A stretch of 64,000 nt of DNA. It comes from Gammaproteobacteria bacterium. GTDB lineage: Bacteria > Pseudomonadota > Gammaproteobacteria > Ga0077536. Position 1 is the stretch's first letter, and each line of letters opens with the position of its first letter. Below, piece by piece: positions 33,431 to 42,433 of the stretch. The notes under the pieces were generated by a model that was not told the DNA's origin, did no database searches, and saw only the letters and a list, made by a program, of their open reading frames with translations. Both the position numbers and the translations under genes were made by a program. The DNA is taken from contig CAXXLL010000003.1 of assembly GCA_963662545.2 (NCBI GenBank), positions 2,304,001 to 2,368,000 on the forward strand, read 5' to 3'.

Positions 33431-33963
33431 ACTACACCTGCGTCGCTACGCTCCGATGAGCGATCGGCATGACCGGAACAGGTGATCGGCATCAAATGGA
33501 ATCAGTGATCGGCTTCGCCGGAATACGCAGCTAGGGCCCAGTACAGTTCATGTTTGATACCTGAGTTCAGGGCGTTAAAGGACGTTCAGTCCATGTACGA
33601 CCTCATCTCGGCATGGAAATTTGAACACGAATGCGCGTTTAAGCGGGCGCTCTTCCACCCGCCTGTGGGATCCGACGCACGCGCACCGCGACTTGATGGT
33701 GAAGGAAGCGTTGCGAGCAGAGACACCAGGTGACTCTTAATTCCCAGGCCCTTCGGAATGCGTTTTCAAAGCCGGGCCGTCGCTGGCCGGTTCAAGGAAG
33801 TTTGGTTGGCTGCAATGATTGGAAATACTTATCGACGCCTACCTGGCGGGGGTGTTGTCGTCACGCACGGCCGCCAGGAAGCGGACGGATAGGACCGCGG
33901 CAACGATCAGATTGGGGGCTAATCGGGGGGCCGGATATTATTTAAATGAATGAACTATCTATT

Positions 33964-33976
33964 AATCAATATGTTA
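33964..33976 (+). promoter_or_regulatory. IHF-binding site next to att
   Basis: AATCAATATGTTA fits WATCAANNNNTTR. Confidence 0.6.
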
Positions 33977-33987
33977 ACTTTTAAGTT

Positions 33988-34078
33988 TGGCGGAGAGGGA
34001 GGGATTCGAACCCCCGGAACGCGCTAAGCGTTCAACTGATTTCGAGTCAGCCCCATTCGACCACTCTGGCACCTCTCC
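33988..34078 (-). tRNA. tRNA-Ser(CGA)
   Basis: GGAGAGG..GCTGA-CT-CGA-AA-TCAGT, long variable arm, GGTTCGAATCC, encoded CCA end. Confidence 0.97.
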
Positions 34079-34610
34079 TGAAACTTTGTACCTTGTCATA
34101 ACAGCGTCGCTACGCAACGCCGTTCAACTGATTGGATTCGCAAACGAAGGATCGTTTGCTCACCCCTGCGGGGCGCCTGCGCTTCGCTGCGGCGTCCAAC
34201 TTCGCGTTTCGAAGTTGTCGAGTCAGCCCCATTCGACCACTCTGGCACCTCTCCTGAAATTTTAGGTGCTAATAAACCAGCGCTGCTCCGCAACGCCGTT
34301 CAACTGATTGGATTCGCAAACGAAGGATCGTTTGCTCACCCCTGCGGGGCGCCTGCGCTCCGCTGCGGCGTCCAACTTCGCGTTTCGAAGTTGTCGAGTC
34401 AGCCCCATTCGACCACTCTGGCACCTCTCCTGAAATTTTATGTGCTAATAAACCAGCGCCGCTACGCAACGCCGTTCAACTGATTCGATTCGCAAACGAA
34501 GGATCGTTTGCTCACCCCTGCGGGGCGCCTGCGCTCCGCTGCGGCGTCCAACTTCGCGTTTCGAAGTTGTCGAGTCAGCCCCATTCGACCACTCTGGCAC
34601 CTCTCCTGAA
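34079..34610 (-). repeat. Three tandem 176-bp tRNA-Ser-derived units, each with an 84-nt insertion after the anticodon
   Basis: tRNA 5' ends at 34254, 34430 and 34606; inserts at 34134-34217, 34310-34393 and 34486-34569. Confidence 0.93.
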
Positions 34611-34699
34611 AACCTTGTGCATTTCTTAAGGTTCTCTTCCCCCGCATTCTGCGAAATGCATGTGGCGTCCCCTTATTGGGACGAGCTGTTGCGCTTTAA

Positions 34700-34713
34700 G
34701 GGCGCGCAGTATA
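34700..34713 (-). promoter_or_regulatory. Putative stable-RNA promoter: -10 box plus GC-rich discriminator
   Basis: Minus strand TATACT-GCGCGCCC; -35 box not convincing. Confidence 0.55.
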
Positions 34714-34952
34714 TCGCATGACACCGTCGTGACTTGGCCACCGTCGCTGTAGCGCTCACGCCAGTTCCTTCAGCACCCATTTTAAGAACATAACCGCCAG
34801 TGATTTCGGCCAGCTGTCGACGAATTCGATCTCCCGAATCTTCTTATAGGGCGCGACTCATTCGGCTTAGGACGCTCCAGTATATTATGCGGCTGATCCG
34901 TTGGTGTGATTCGACCATAGCCTAATATCGCCTGGAGCCAACTTTCAACTGC

Positions 34953-36479
34953 ATGAAACCGGCGGCGCGCGGCCTTGTCACACTATCGTTTGGAACCATT
35001 CTTGTGAATTTTCATCCTTCTATGCCTATGAGCTATCACTCATTCTCTCTCCCGGGTCAATCACGCCTGATACGGGCCACCATTGCGTTGCTGGTATGTC
35101 AGATATTGGGATCCTGCACGGCTCCGCCATCGACGGTGGAAGCGGTTCGCGCGGTGGGTGAACTACGGATTGCCACGCTCAATACGGGAACGATTTATTT
35201 CGAAGGTCCCGACGGCTACAGCGGATTCGAACACGACTTGACACGGGCATTCGCCGAATACCTCGGCGTGGAGGCGCGCTATGTGGTCGCGAGCAGCCAC
35301 AGTGAGCTGTCCGAACTCGTCCGGCACAACAAGGCGCACCTGGCCGCCGCTTTGATGCCGATTGGCAATGACCAGGTGAAAGGCCTGTCGTTCGGGCCGT
35401 CCTACGCGACCTTGCGACAAACCGTGATCTACCGCCGCAGCGATCGCCGGCCCGAAAGTATCGAAGACCTGCGCGGGAAATCCATTGCGGCACCCGGCGG
35501 ACGTGGCGCGCGCGCAGTGCTCGAACAGGAGCTTCCTGCCAGCGCGGGCGTTCAATGGACGATACGCGACGACCTTTCGATCGACGACCTGCTGGACCTC
35601 GTCGATCGGAACGAGATCGACTTCGCCGTCGTACCGGCCGGTGAATTCGCAGCCGCGCGTCTCTATTACCCGGAAACGCGTGAGGCCTTCGCCATCGGCG
35701 CACCGCAGGCCGTGGGTTGGCTTTATCATCGCGGTCCCGAAAATAGCCTGTGGACGGCGCAACTCGAATTCCTGAACGCCGTGCGCGGCAATGGAGAGCT
35801 CAAGATCCTGCGCGATCGGTACTTCGGACACATTGAGAAATTTGACTATGCTGAAGCGCGGGCGTTTCTGCGGCACTACGACGAAAGGCTGCCCAAATAT
35901 CGCCGCGCTTTCATCGATACCGGGGCGGAATACGCTGTCGACTGGCTGCTGCTGGCCGCTATGAGCTATCAGGAATCGCACTGGCGCGCAGATGCGAAAT
36001 CGCCGACCGGCGTGCGCGGCCTGATGATGTTGACCAAGCGTACGGCGCGCGCCTTGTCCGTCGACCGCCTCGATCCGATTGAAAGCATCCGCGGCGGCAC
36101 CGAATACCTTGCCGATCTCCGCTCCCGTCTACCCGGACGCATCGCCGAGCCCGATAAATCCTGGTTTGCGCTGGCCGCCTACAACGTCGGGCTCGGACAT
36201 CTGGAAGACGCCCGCGTGTTCACTGAGCAGGCGGGTCTGAATCCGGATCGATGGGCCGAGGTCCGTCAGTACCTGCCGAAACTGTCGAACAAGTCCTGGG
36301 CAAACAAAGCGCGGCACGGTTACGCACGCGGATACCAAGCGGTGCATTTTGTGCAAAACATCCGCCGCTACCACGACGTGCTGCGTTGGCTGGAGAGCGC
36401 GCCCGACGATGAGCCCGAAGCGGCCAGGCCCCCGTCTACCCTGTTCGCACCGATGTTACCCCGCGGGCCGGGAGTCTGA
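34953..36479 (+). CDS. mltF: Membrane-bound lytic murein transglycosylase F
   Basis: Solute-binding domain plus SLT domain (YQESHW, GVRGLMMLT, AAYNVG.GH, GYARG); start may be slightly downstream. Confidence 0.93.
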   Translation: MKPAARGLVTLSFGTILVNFHPSMPMSYHSFSLPGQSRLIRATIALLVCQILGSCTAPPSTVEAVRAVGELRIATLNTGTIYFEGPDGYSGFEHDLTRAFAEYLGVEARYVVASSHSELSELVRHNKAHLAAALMPIGNDQVKGLSFGPSYATLRQTVIYRRSDRRPESIEDLRGKSIAAPGGRGARAVLEQELPASAGVQWTIRDDLSIDDLLDLVDRNEIDFAVVPAGEFAAARLYYPETREAFAIGAPQAVGWLYHRGPENSLWTAQLEFLNAVRGNGELKILRDRYFGHIEKFDYAEARAFLRHYDERLPKYRRAFIDTGAEYAVDWLLLAAMSYQESHWRADAKSPTGVRGLMMLTKRTARALSVDRLDPIESIRGGTEYLADLRSRLPGRIAEPDKSWFALAAYNVGLGHLEDARVFTEQAGLNPDRWAEVRQYLPKLSNKSWANKARHGYARGYQAVHFVQNIRRYHDVLRWLESAPDDEPEAARPPSTLFAPMLPRGPGV

Positions 36480-37700
36480 ATCCCGCGCCCGCGCAAGCGT
36501 GGTGGGATCGAGTTTTCTTTCGAGTTTTTCGAGCGCCTTCTGAGCACTGTCGTATCCTTCCGCAGCCGCGCGCCGGAACCACCGATACGCCTGAACGGGG
36601 TCTTTGTTCGCGCCCTTCCCCTTGAGATGACACACACCGACGCTGTAGGCCGCAGGTAGATGACCGTCGTCGGCTGCGCGTTTGAACCAGCGATACGCGG
36701 TGCGTTGGGATTCGGGCTCGGCCATGACAATGAAGCGGCGGGCGAGCCGGTACTGTGCATCGGCATGCCCCGCGCTTGCTGCGGCCTCGAGCCAGCGCCG
36801 TGCCGCCGGTTCGTCCGCGGCAATCTCGTCGCCTTTCGACAAGAGCTTGCTCAATTGGTACTGCGCTTTGGTATAGCCGGCGTGGGCTGATTTCTCGAGC
36901 CAGGCGAGCGCTTGCGCCGTGTCTTTCTCGACGCCGAGTCCGCGCCGATAAAGCGATGCCAGCGTGAACTGGGCCTTGGCCAGACCCTGCTCCGCCGCCG
37001 CCTCGATCCATTGCGCTGCCTCGACGTCATCTTGCTCCGCGGCATCGCCCCCGGCGAGCAGCAGTCCAAGGTTGTACTGCGCCTTGGCATAACCGCGCTC
37101 GGCAGCGCACCGGTACCAGTGCAGCGCGGCCGTCGGATCCCGATCGACACCGCGTCCTTCCGCCAAAGCGCGTCCGAGGTTGAGCTGCGCCCGCGCATAG
37201 CCCTGCTCCGCGGCAAGTTCGAACAAAGCGACCGCCGCCGCCTCATCCGTTTCCACGCCCTTACCGTGCCGCAGGCACATCGCAAGGTTGTAACGGCCTG
37301 CAGCGCTGCCGCCCGCCGCGGCGCGGCGATACCATCCGAGCGCGCGAGCCATGTCGACGGTGACCTCCAAGCCCCGCTGGTAACACCAGCCGAGCAAGGC
37401 CTCGGAATCGGGATGTCCGATCTCGGCCACCCGGATCAGCGCTGCAAAAGCGGCGCTCGCGTCGCCGCCTTCCACACCGCCGGCAAGATAGACGGTGACA
37501 GCGCGAAAAGCCGCCTGCGGGTGCCCCGCCTCGGCCGCCTGCAAATACCAGCCGAAGGCGACGCCGGCATCGCGCGTGACCGACCAGCCCTTGGCGAAGC
37601 ATTCGCCCAGTTGATAGCTGGCCTGAACGTCTCCGCCCCCGGCCGCCTCCTGCAGTCGCGCGATCGCTTTGTCGTCTATGTGTTTGGGTGCCGGCATCAC
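36456..37700 (-). CDS. SEL1-like repeat protein
   Basis: Repeated A..WY..AA..G...AQ..LG..Y..G.GV units. Confidence 0.92.
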   Translation of the reverse strand: MMPAPKHIDDKAIARLQEAAGGGDVQASYQLGECFAKGWSVTRDAGVAFGWYLQAAEAGHPQAAFRAVTVYLAGGVEGGDASAAFAALIRVAEIGHPDSEALLGWCYQRGLEVTVDMARALGWYRRAAAGGSAAGRYNLAMCLRHGKGVETDEAAAVALFELAAEQGYARAQLNLGRALAEGRGVDRDPTAALHWYRCAAERGYAKAQYNLGLLLAGGDAAEQDDVEAAQWIEAAAEQGLAKAQFTLASLYRRGLGVEKDTAQALAWLEKSAHAGYTKAQYQLSKLLSKGDEIAADEPAARRWLEAAASAGHADAQYRLARRFIVMAEPESQRTAYRWFKRAADDGHLPAAYSVGVCHLKGKGANKDPVQAYRWFRRAAAEGYDSAQKALEKLERKLDPTTLARARDSDSRPAG

Positions 37701-37847
37701 ATCGGTCGAACGTTCACGAATCCCCTGAACGGGTCACCTGCCCGACCATCAATCGGGTCGAGTCTTTCATCGACCCAATTATGCGGCAATGAAAGACCTG
37801 ACCCCAACAATGCTCAAGGCGGTCGGCGGTGGGCCGATAGACCCCTT

Positions 37848-38735
37848 ATGACCACGAGCGCAAATGCCCGGGCACCGGAACGATCGCCCGCCGCGAGACT
37901 CGTCGACGGCATGGTCGACCTCGTACCGCTACCGCAAGCATACGTACGCCTCCGCGAACTCGTCGATGATCCCAATACCCGCCTCAGCGAATTCGGCGAG
38001 ATCGTCGCGAGCGATCCGGCATTGACGGGCCGCCTCCTGCGTCTCGCCAACAGCGCCTATATGGGGCTTGTTACGCCGGTCGAGTCGATCGAGCATGCTG
38101 TGCGCGTGATTGGCATGACCCAACTCCACGATATCGCGCTCGCGACCTCCGCCATCGGATCGCTGTCCAAGCTCCGGGCGGATCTGTTCGACATCTACGA
38201 TTTCTGGCGTCTGGGCATTTATTGTGCGGTGTGCTCGCGACTGCTCGCCGTGCACTGCGGGCTACCCTCGCCCCAGCGTTCGTTCGTCTCCGGGCTCATG
38301 CACAATATCGGCACGTTGATCTTTGCGCACGAAATGCCCGAAGCCTTCGCTGAATGTCGCGTCCGGGCGACGGCGATAGAGCGGCCCTATTATGAATTAC
38401 AGCTGGAGATGTTCGGCTTCGATTATGCGGAAGTCGGCGCGGAGCTCATGGGGCATTGGAATTTGCCGGGCGCCTTGATCGAGCCGGTAAAGCTCCATAC
38501 TTCGGCCATCGCGAACCTCGACCCCGACCTGCGGCCGGGCGCGGCCGTGCTGCAGATTGCAGCGACCACCGCCCGCGCAGCCCTGTGGGAGTCCAGGGAG
38601 AGCGAACCGGTACCGAATTACGACGCCGAAGCCATCGCGTTTACGCAGATGGACGCGGAGCATATCGAAAAAATGATGACCGAGGCCGATGAGGAGGTCA
38701 TCGAATCCGTCGCGATATTGATGCAGCAGCCGTGA
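37848..38735 (+). CDS. HDOD domain protein
   Basis: DPALTGRLLRLANS, GLMHNIG, WNLP; true start is inside track ORF 36912-38735. Confidence 0.9.
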   Translation: MTTSANARAPERSPAARLVDGMVDLVPLPQAYVRLRELVDDPNTRLSEFGEIVASDPALTGRLLRLANSAYMGLVTPVESIEHAVRVIGMTQLHDIALATSAIGSLSKLRADLFDIYDFWRLGIYCAVCSRLLAVHCGLPSPQRSFVSGLMHNIGTLIFAHEMPEAFAECRVRATAIERPYYELQLEMFGFDYAEVGAELMGHWNLPGALIEPVKLHTSAIANLDPDLRPGAAVLQIAATTARAALWESRESEPVPNYDAEAIAFTQMDAEHIEKMMTEADEEVIESVAILMQQP

Positions 38736-38795
38736 AGGCGCGCCGTTAACCCGACTATGTCACCAGCGTTCGTCGCGAGGCGGCTCAAGGGCGCG

Positions 38796-40598
38796 TCAGT
38801 CCGGCTCGACCTTGAGGCTGGCGTAGCTGCCGGGCGCTGGCTCGATCACATCTAACCCGCCGTCCCCCGGCACCCGGGCGGGCACCTGATCACCGCCGTG
38901 CCCCGCGATCCACTCAGCCCATCGGCCCCACCATGTTTCTTCGTGGAATTCGGCTTGTTCCAGCCATTCTTCCGCGCTCAACCCCTTGATGTCGGGTCCG
39001 GTGTAATGGCCGTATTGACGTGCTCCCGGCGGATTGATGATGCCGGCGATGTGGCCGGCCTTGCTGAGGATGAATTCCATATCGCCGCTGAAGAGTCGCG
39101 CGCCCGCATAAGTCGATTTCCATGGGGCGATGTGATCCTCGGTCGCCGAGACAAAACAACTCGGCACGTCGACGTCGTGCAAATTGATCGGCGTACCGTC
39201 GATTTTCATTCCACCCGGTTTGCAGAAGACGTTTTCAAGATACATCTTGCGCAGGTAGGTGCTGTGCATACGCGCTGGCATGCGCGTTGAATCCGCGTTC
39301 CAATACAGCAGGTCGAATGCCATCGGCTGCTTGCCGAGCAGGTAATTATTGACGACGAACGACCAGATCAAGTCGTTCGCGCGTAGCATGTTGAAGGTCG
39401 ACGCCATCTCCGCGCCGTCGAGATAGCCTCGTTCGTTCATCATGCTCTCGACGTTCTCGAGTTGTTCCTCGTCAATGAACACGCCGAGGTCGCCGGGTTC
39501 AGTGAAATCCAGCATTGAGCAGAAATAGGTGGCTGCGTGAATGCGGTCATCGCCCTTTGCTTTCATATACGCGAGCATACCGCCAAGCAGGGTGCCGCCC
39601 AGGCAGTAACCTATGGCATTGACCGATTTCTCGCCGACCGCCTGCTCGATCGCGTCGAGCGCCGCCAACGGACCTTCACCTACGTAGTCGTCGAAATCCT
39701 TTTCGGCCAGGCGCTCGTCGGGGTTGACCCATGAAACGACGAACACCGTGAGCCCCTGTTCGAGCGCCCACTTAATAAAGGAATTCTTCTGGCCCAGGTC
39801 GAGCACGTAATACTTGTTGATCCAGGGCGGTACGATCAATAAAGGACGCCGATAGACGGTATCCGTCGTCGGTTCGTATTGGATGAGTTGTATTAATTCG
39901 TTTTGAAAGACGATTTTGCCCGGCGTGATCGCGAGGTTCTCGCCCAGTTTGAAAGCGTTCGAATCTACCATCTTGGTGCACAGACGGCCGGTTGCGGGGT
40001 CGATGTCGGCCAGGAAATTCTTGAGGCCGTCGACGAGGTTGCGCCCGCCCGATTCGACCGTTGCGTGCAGCACCTCCGGGTTGGTCAGCACGAAATTGGT
40101 CGGCGCCATCGCGTCGATGTACTGGTTGGTGTAGAACTCGATCTTTTTCTTCGTCTTGTCGTCGAGGCCCTCGGCTCCGGCCACGACCGACTGCATGACC
40201 CTGGCCGTCGCGAGGTAGGTTTGTTTGACGTAATCGAAGAAGGGATTCTTATCCCAGTCCTCGGCTTTGAACCGTCGGTCGTTGCGCCCGGCCTCGACCA
40301 CGGGTTCCGCCTCAGCGCCGAGCAGGCGTTGCGCGGTGGACTGCCAAATCTGCATGTAGGTATGCCAGGCATTGAACTGCGCTTCGAGCAGGGCTGCGGG
40401 ATCGCGCGCCAAATCTTTGGTAAACGAGGCGAATGCCTGCAGGATGCCGAGCGGATCCATCGCTTTCAGATCGTGGGAGGAATGCGAATCAAAAAATTTC
40501 TGCATCAAGACCTGCGATTGGGCGCTGACGTTGGCGAGGGCCTCGGTGACCTCCTGCGGACTGGGCAGCGGTCCGGGGTACGGCATCTTATCGGTCAT
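38796..40598 (-). CDS. phaC: Class I polyhydroxyalkanoate synthase
   Basis: PPWINKYY, lipase box GYCLGG, DHIAPW, GHIAG. Confidence 0.96.
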   Translation of the reverse strand: MTDKMPYPGPLPSPQEVTEALANVSAQSQVLMQKFFDSHSSHDLKAMDPLGILQAFASFTKDLARDPAALLEAQFNAWHTYMQIWQSTAQRLLGAEAEPVVEAGRNDRRFKAEDWDKNPFFDYVKQTYLATARVMQSVVAGAEGLDDKTKKKIEFYTNQYIDAMAPTNFVLTNPEVLHATVESGGRNLVDGLKNFLADIDPATGRLCTKMVDSNAFKLGENLAITPGKIVFQNELIQLIQYEPTTDTVYRRPLLIVPPWINKYYVLDLGQKNSFIKWALEQGLTVFVVSWVNPDERLAEKDFDDYVGEGPLAALDAIEQAVGEKSVNAIGYCLGGTLLGGMLAYMKAKGDDRIHAATYFCSMLDFTEPGDLGVFIDEEQLENVESMMNERGYLDGAEMASTFNMLRANDLIWSFVVNNYLLGKQPMAFDLLYWNADSTRMPARMHSTYLRKMYLENVFCKPGGMKIDGTPINLHDVDVPSCFVSATEDHIAPWKSTYAGARLFSGDMEFILSKAGHIAGIINPPGARQYGHYTGPDIKGLSAEEWLEQAEFHEETWWGRWAEWIAGHGGDQVPARVPGDGGLDVIEPAPGSYASLKVEPD

Positions 40599-40634
40599 TT
40601 TTATTCAAGTAATTCACGGATATAGTTGAAATGT

Positions 40635-40646
40635 TGCATTGCAGCA
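40635..40646. promoter_or_regulatory. PhaR-box-like site upstream of phaC
   Basis: TGCATTGCAGCA (TGC-n3-GCA-rich motif) ~40 bp upstream of the phaC start. Confidence 0.5.
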
Positions 40647-40688
40647 ATCTAGCGCCGCAATGTCGGCTTGTCAAGTTGCGGCGCCGCT

Positions 40689-42095
40689 TCATGATCGCCT
40701 TGGCAGGTAAAGATCGGTGATCGTGCCACTGTAGGCTTCGGCCGCCATCGCGACCGTCTCGGATAGGGTCGGATGGGGATGCACAGTCAGACCGATGTCT
40801 TCCGCGTCGCAGCCCATCTCGATCGCGAGCGCCACTTCGGCGATGAGATCGCCCGCATTGGGCCCGACGATGCCGGCGCCGACGACGCGGCCGTCGTCGG
40901 TATCGAAAAGGAGCTTGGTCAATCCGTCGTTACGACCGAGTGAGAGCGAGCGTCCGCTCGCGGCCCACGGGAAAACCCCCTTGCCGACTTCGATGCCCTG
41001 GGCTTGCGCCTCGGTTTCGGTGAGCCCGGCCCAGGCCACTTCCGGATCGGTATAGGCCACCGAGGGAATGACGCGTGCGTCGAATGCGACCTTGTGCCCG
41101 GCCGCCACTTCGGCCGCGACCTTACCTTCGTGCGTGGCCTTGTGCGCGAGCATGGGCTCACCGACGATATCGCCGATCGCAAAGATGTGCTGAACGTTCG
41201 TCCGCATGGTCTTGTCGACGAGAACAAAGCCGCGCTCGTCGAGCGCGATGCCTGCCTCTTCGGCGCCGATGCGATCGCCGTTCGGCCGACGGCCCACGGC
41301 GACGAGGATCTGGTCGTAAGACGTTTCCGCCGGCGCGCGCTCGCCCTCGAACGACGCCGTCAACGATGCACCGGTCACGGTCACGCCGGTGACGCGGGTA
41401 CCGGTGTGGACCGCTTCGAGCCGCTTGGCGAGCCGTCTTTCGAGTGGCTTGACGAGATCGCGGTCAGCGCCGAGCATGAGTTCATCCATCAATTCCACGA
41501 CGGTGACCTGCGATCCGAGCTCCATGAAAACCGTCGCCATTTCCAGGCCGATGATGCCGCCCCCGATAACGAGCAGACGCCCCGGTATGCCGGTGAGTTC
41601 GAGCGCGCCGGTTGAATCGATCACGCGTGGATCGTCGTAGGGGATCCCCGGCAGTCGCGCGGGCTCCGATCCCGCCGCGATGATCGCTTGCTTGAATTCG
41701 ATGGTGACCGTACCGCCACTGCTCTCGACTTCGACGCGATTGGGGGAGGTGAAACGGCCGGTGCCGCGTACCACTTCGACCGTGCGCTGCTTAGCGAGCC
41801 CTTCCAGCCCCTTGGTCAACTGGCCGACGATCTTGTCCTTCCAAGCACGCAGCAGATCGAGATCGATTTCGGGCTCGGCGAAGCGGATTCCCTTGGGTGC
41901 CATGTCGCGCGCGTCGCTGACCACCTTGGCCGCATGCAGCAGTGCTTTCGAGGGAATACAACCGACATTCAGGCACACACCGCCCAGCCTCGCAAAACGT
42001 TCGACCAGAATTACCTGTAATCCGAGGTCGGCTGCGCGAAACGCTGCGGTATAACCGCCCGGCCCGGATCCCAGGACCACCAGATCGGCGTTCAT
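40689..42095 (-). CDS. lpdA: Dihydrolipoyl dehydrogenase
   Basis: GSGPGG, GGVCLNVGCIPSK, HPHPTLSE. Confidence 0.96.
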   Translation of the reverse strand: MNADLVVLGSGPGGYTAAFRAADLGLQVILVERFARLGGVCLNVGCIPSKALLHAAKVVSDARDMAPKGIRFAEPEIDLDLLRAWKDKIVGQLTKGLEGLAKQRTVEVVRGTGRFTSPNRVEVESSGGTVTIEFKQAIIAAGSEPARLPGIPYDDPRVIDSTGALELTGIPGRLLVIGGGIIGLEMATVFMELGSQVTVVELMDELMLGADRDLVKPLERRLAKRLEAVHTGTRVTGVTVTGASLTASFEGERAPAETSYDQILVAVGRRPNGDRIGAEEAGIALDERGFVLVDKTMRTNVQHIFAIGDIVGEPMLAHKATHEGKVAAEVAAGHKVAFDARVIPSVAYTDPEVAWAGLTETEAQAQGIEVGKGVFPWAASGRSLSLGRNDGLTKLLFDTDDGRVVGAGIVGPNAGDLIAEVALAIEMGCDAEDIGLTVHPHPTLSETVAMAAEAYSGTITDLYLPRRS

Positions 42096-42297
42096 CGTCC
42101 ACTCCTTTCGCGCTGCAGATAATGTGATCGTACCCGCAGGCTGCGCTTTTTATTGGCTTTGAGCATAAGGGATTCGTTGCACTTTCGTCCGGCGGCATCA
42201 TTTCACAAAATAACGGCTCGTGCCCATGTGAAATGGTCACCAGTTGTCGACCGCGAAAATCGTCGCGGTCTGTACCCATCCATAAACGTCAATATTT

Positions 42298-42390
42298 CTC
42301 TCGCCAAGGTGCAAAGACGCCAAGATAGCAGCGAGTATAATTTCAATAACAATTACTCGTCACTTTGCGACCTTTGCGTGTTAGCGAGAG
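42298..42390. repeat. REP-like imperfect inverted repeat
   Basis: CTCTCGCCAAGGTGCAAAGACGCCAAG ... CTTTGCGACCTTTGCGTGTTAGCGAGAG with inner CGAGTA/TACTCG stem. Confidence 0.6.
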
Positions 42391-42433
42391 TTATGCTTTC
42401 TGGCTGGACAGTAGCCAGCGTCAACTGCTCGCC

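Larger units (their letters stand above)
30892..33529 (+). mobile_element. IS21-family element F (copy of E) with 7-bp target duplication
   Basis: GCTAGGG at 30885-30891 and 33530-33536. Confidence 0.97.
30753..33733 (+). pseudogene. Hypothetical ORF split by IS21 F
   Basis: Removing the IS and one target duplication joins ...HDTWAR to AQYSSCLIPEF..., open to the TGA at 33731-33733. Confidence 0.4.
183..34001. mobile_element. P4/PICI-like integrative genomic island at tRNA-Ser(CGA)
   Basis: Direct att repeats, integrase, AlpA, primase-helicase, high IS density; housekeeping genes resume after the tRNA. Confidence 0.8.

Noticed and set aside
34079-34610. CRISPR array, or three extra functional intron-containing tRNAs
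   Set aside because: Units are near-identical with no unique spacers and no cas genes are seen; the units lack the T arm and acceptor 3' strand, so splicing alone would not yield a tRNA.
33987-34647. Short ORFs in the track over the tRNA and its repeats
   Set aside because: Incidental translations of RNA-gene and repeat sequence.
36912-37847. N-terminal half of the 607-aa track ORF
   Set aside because: Antisense shadow of the SEL1-repeat gene; the real HDOD gene starts near 37848.
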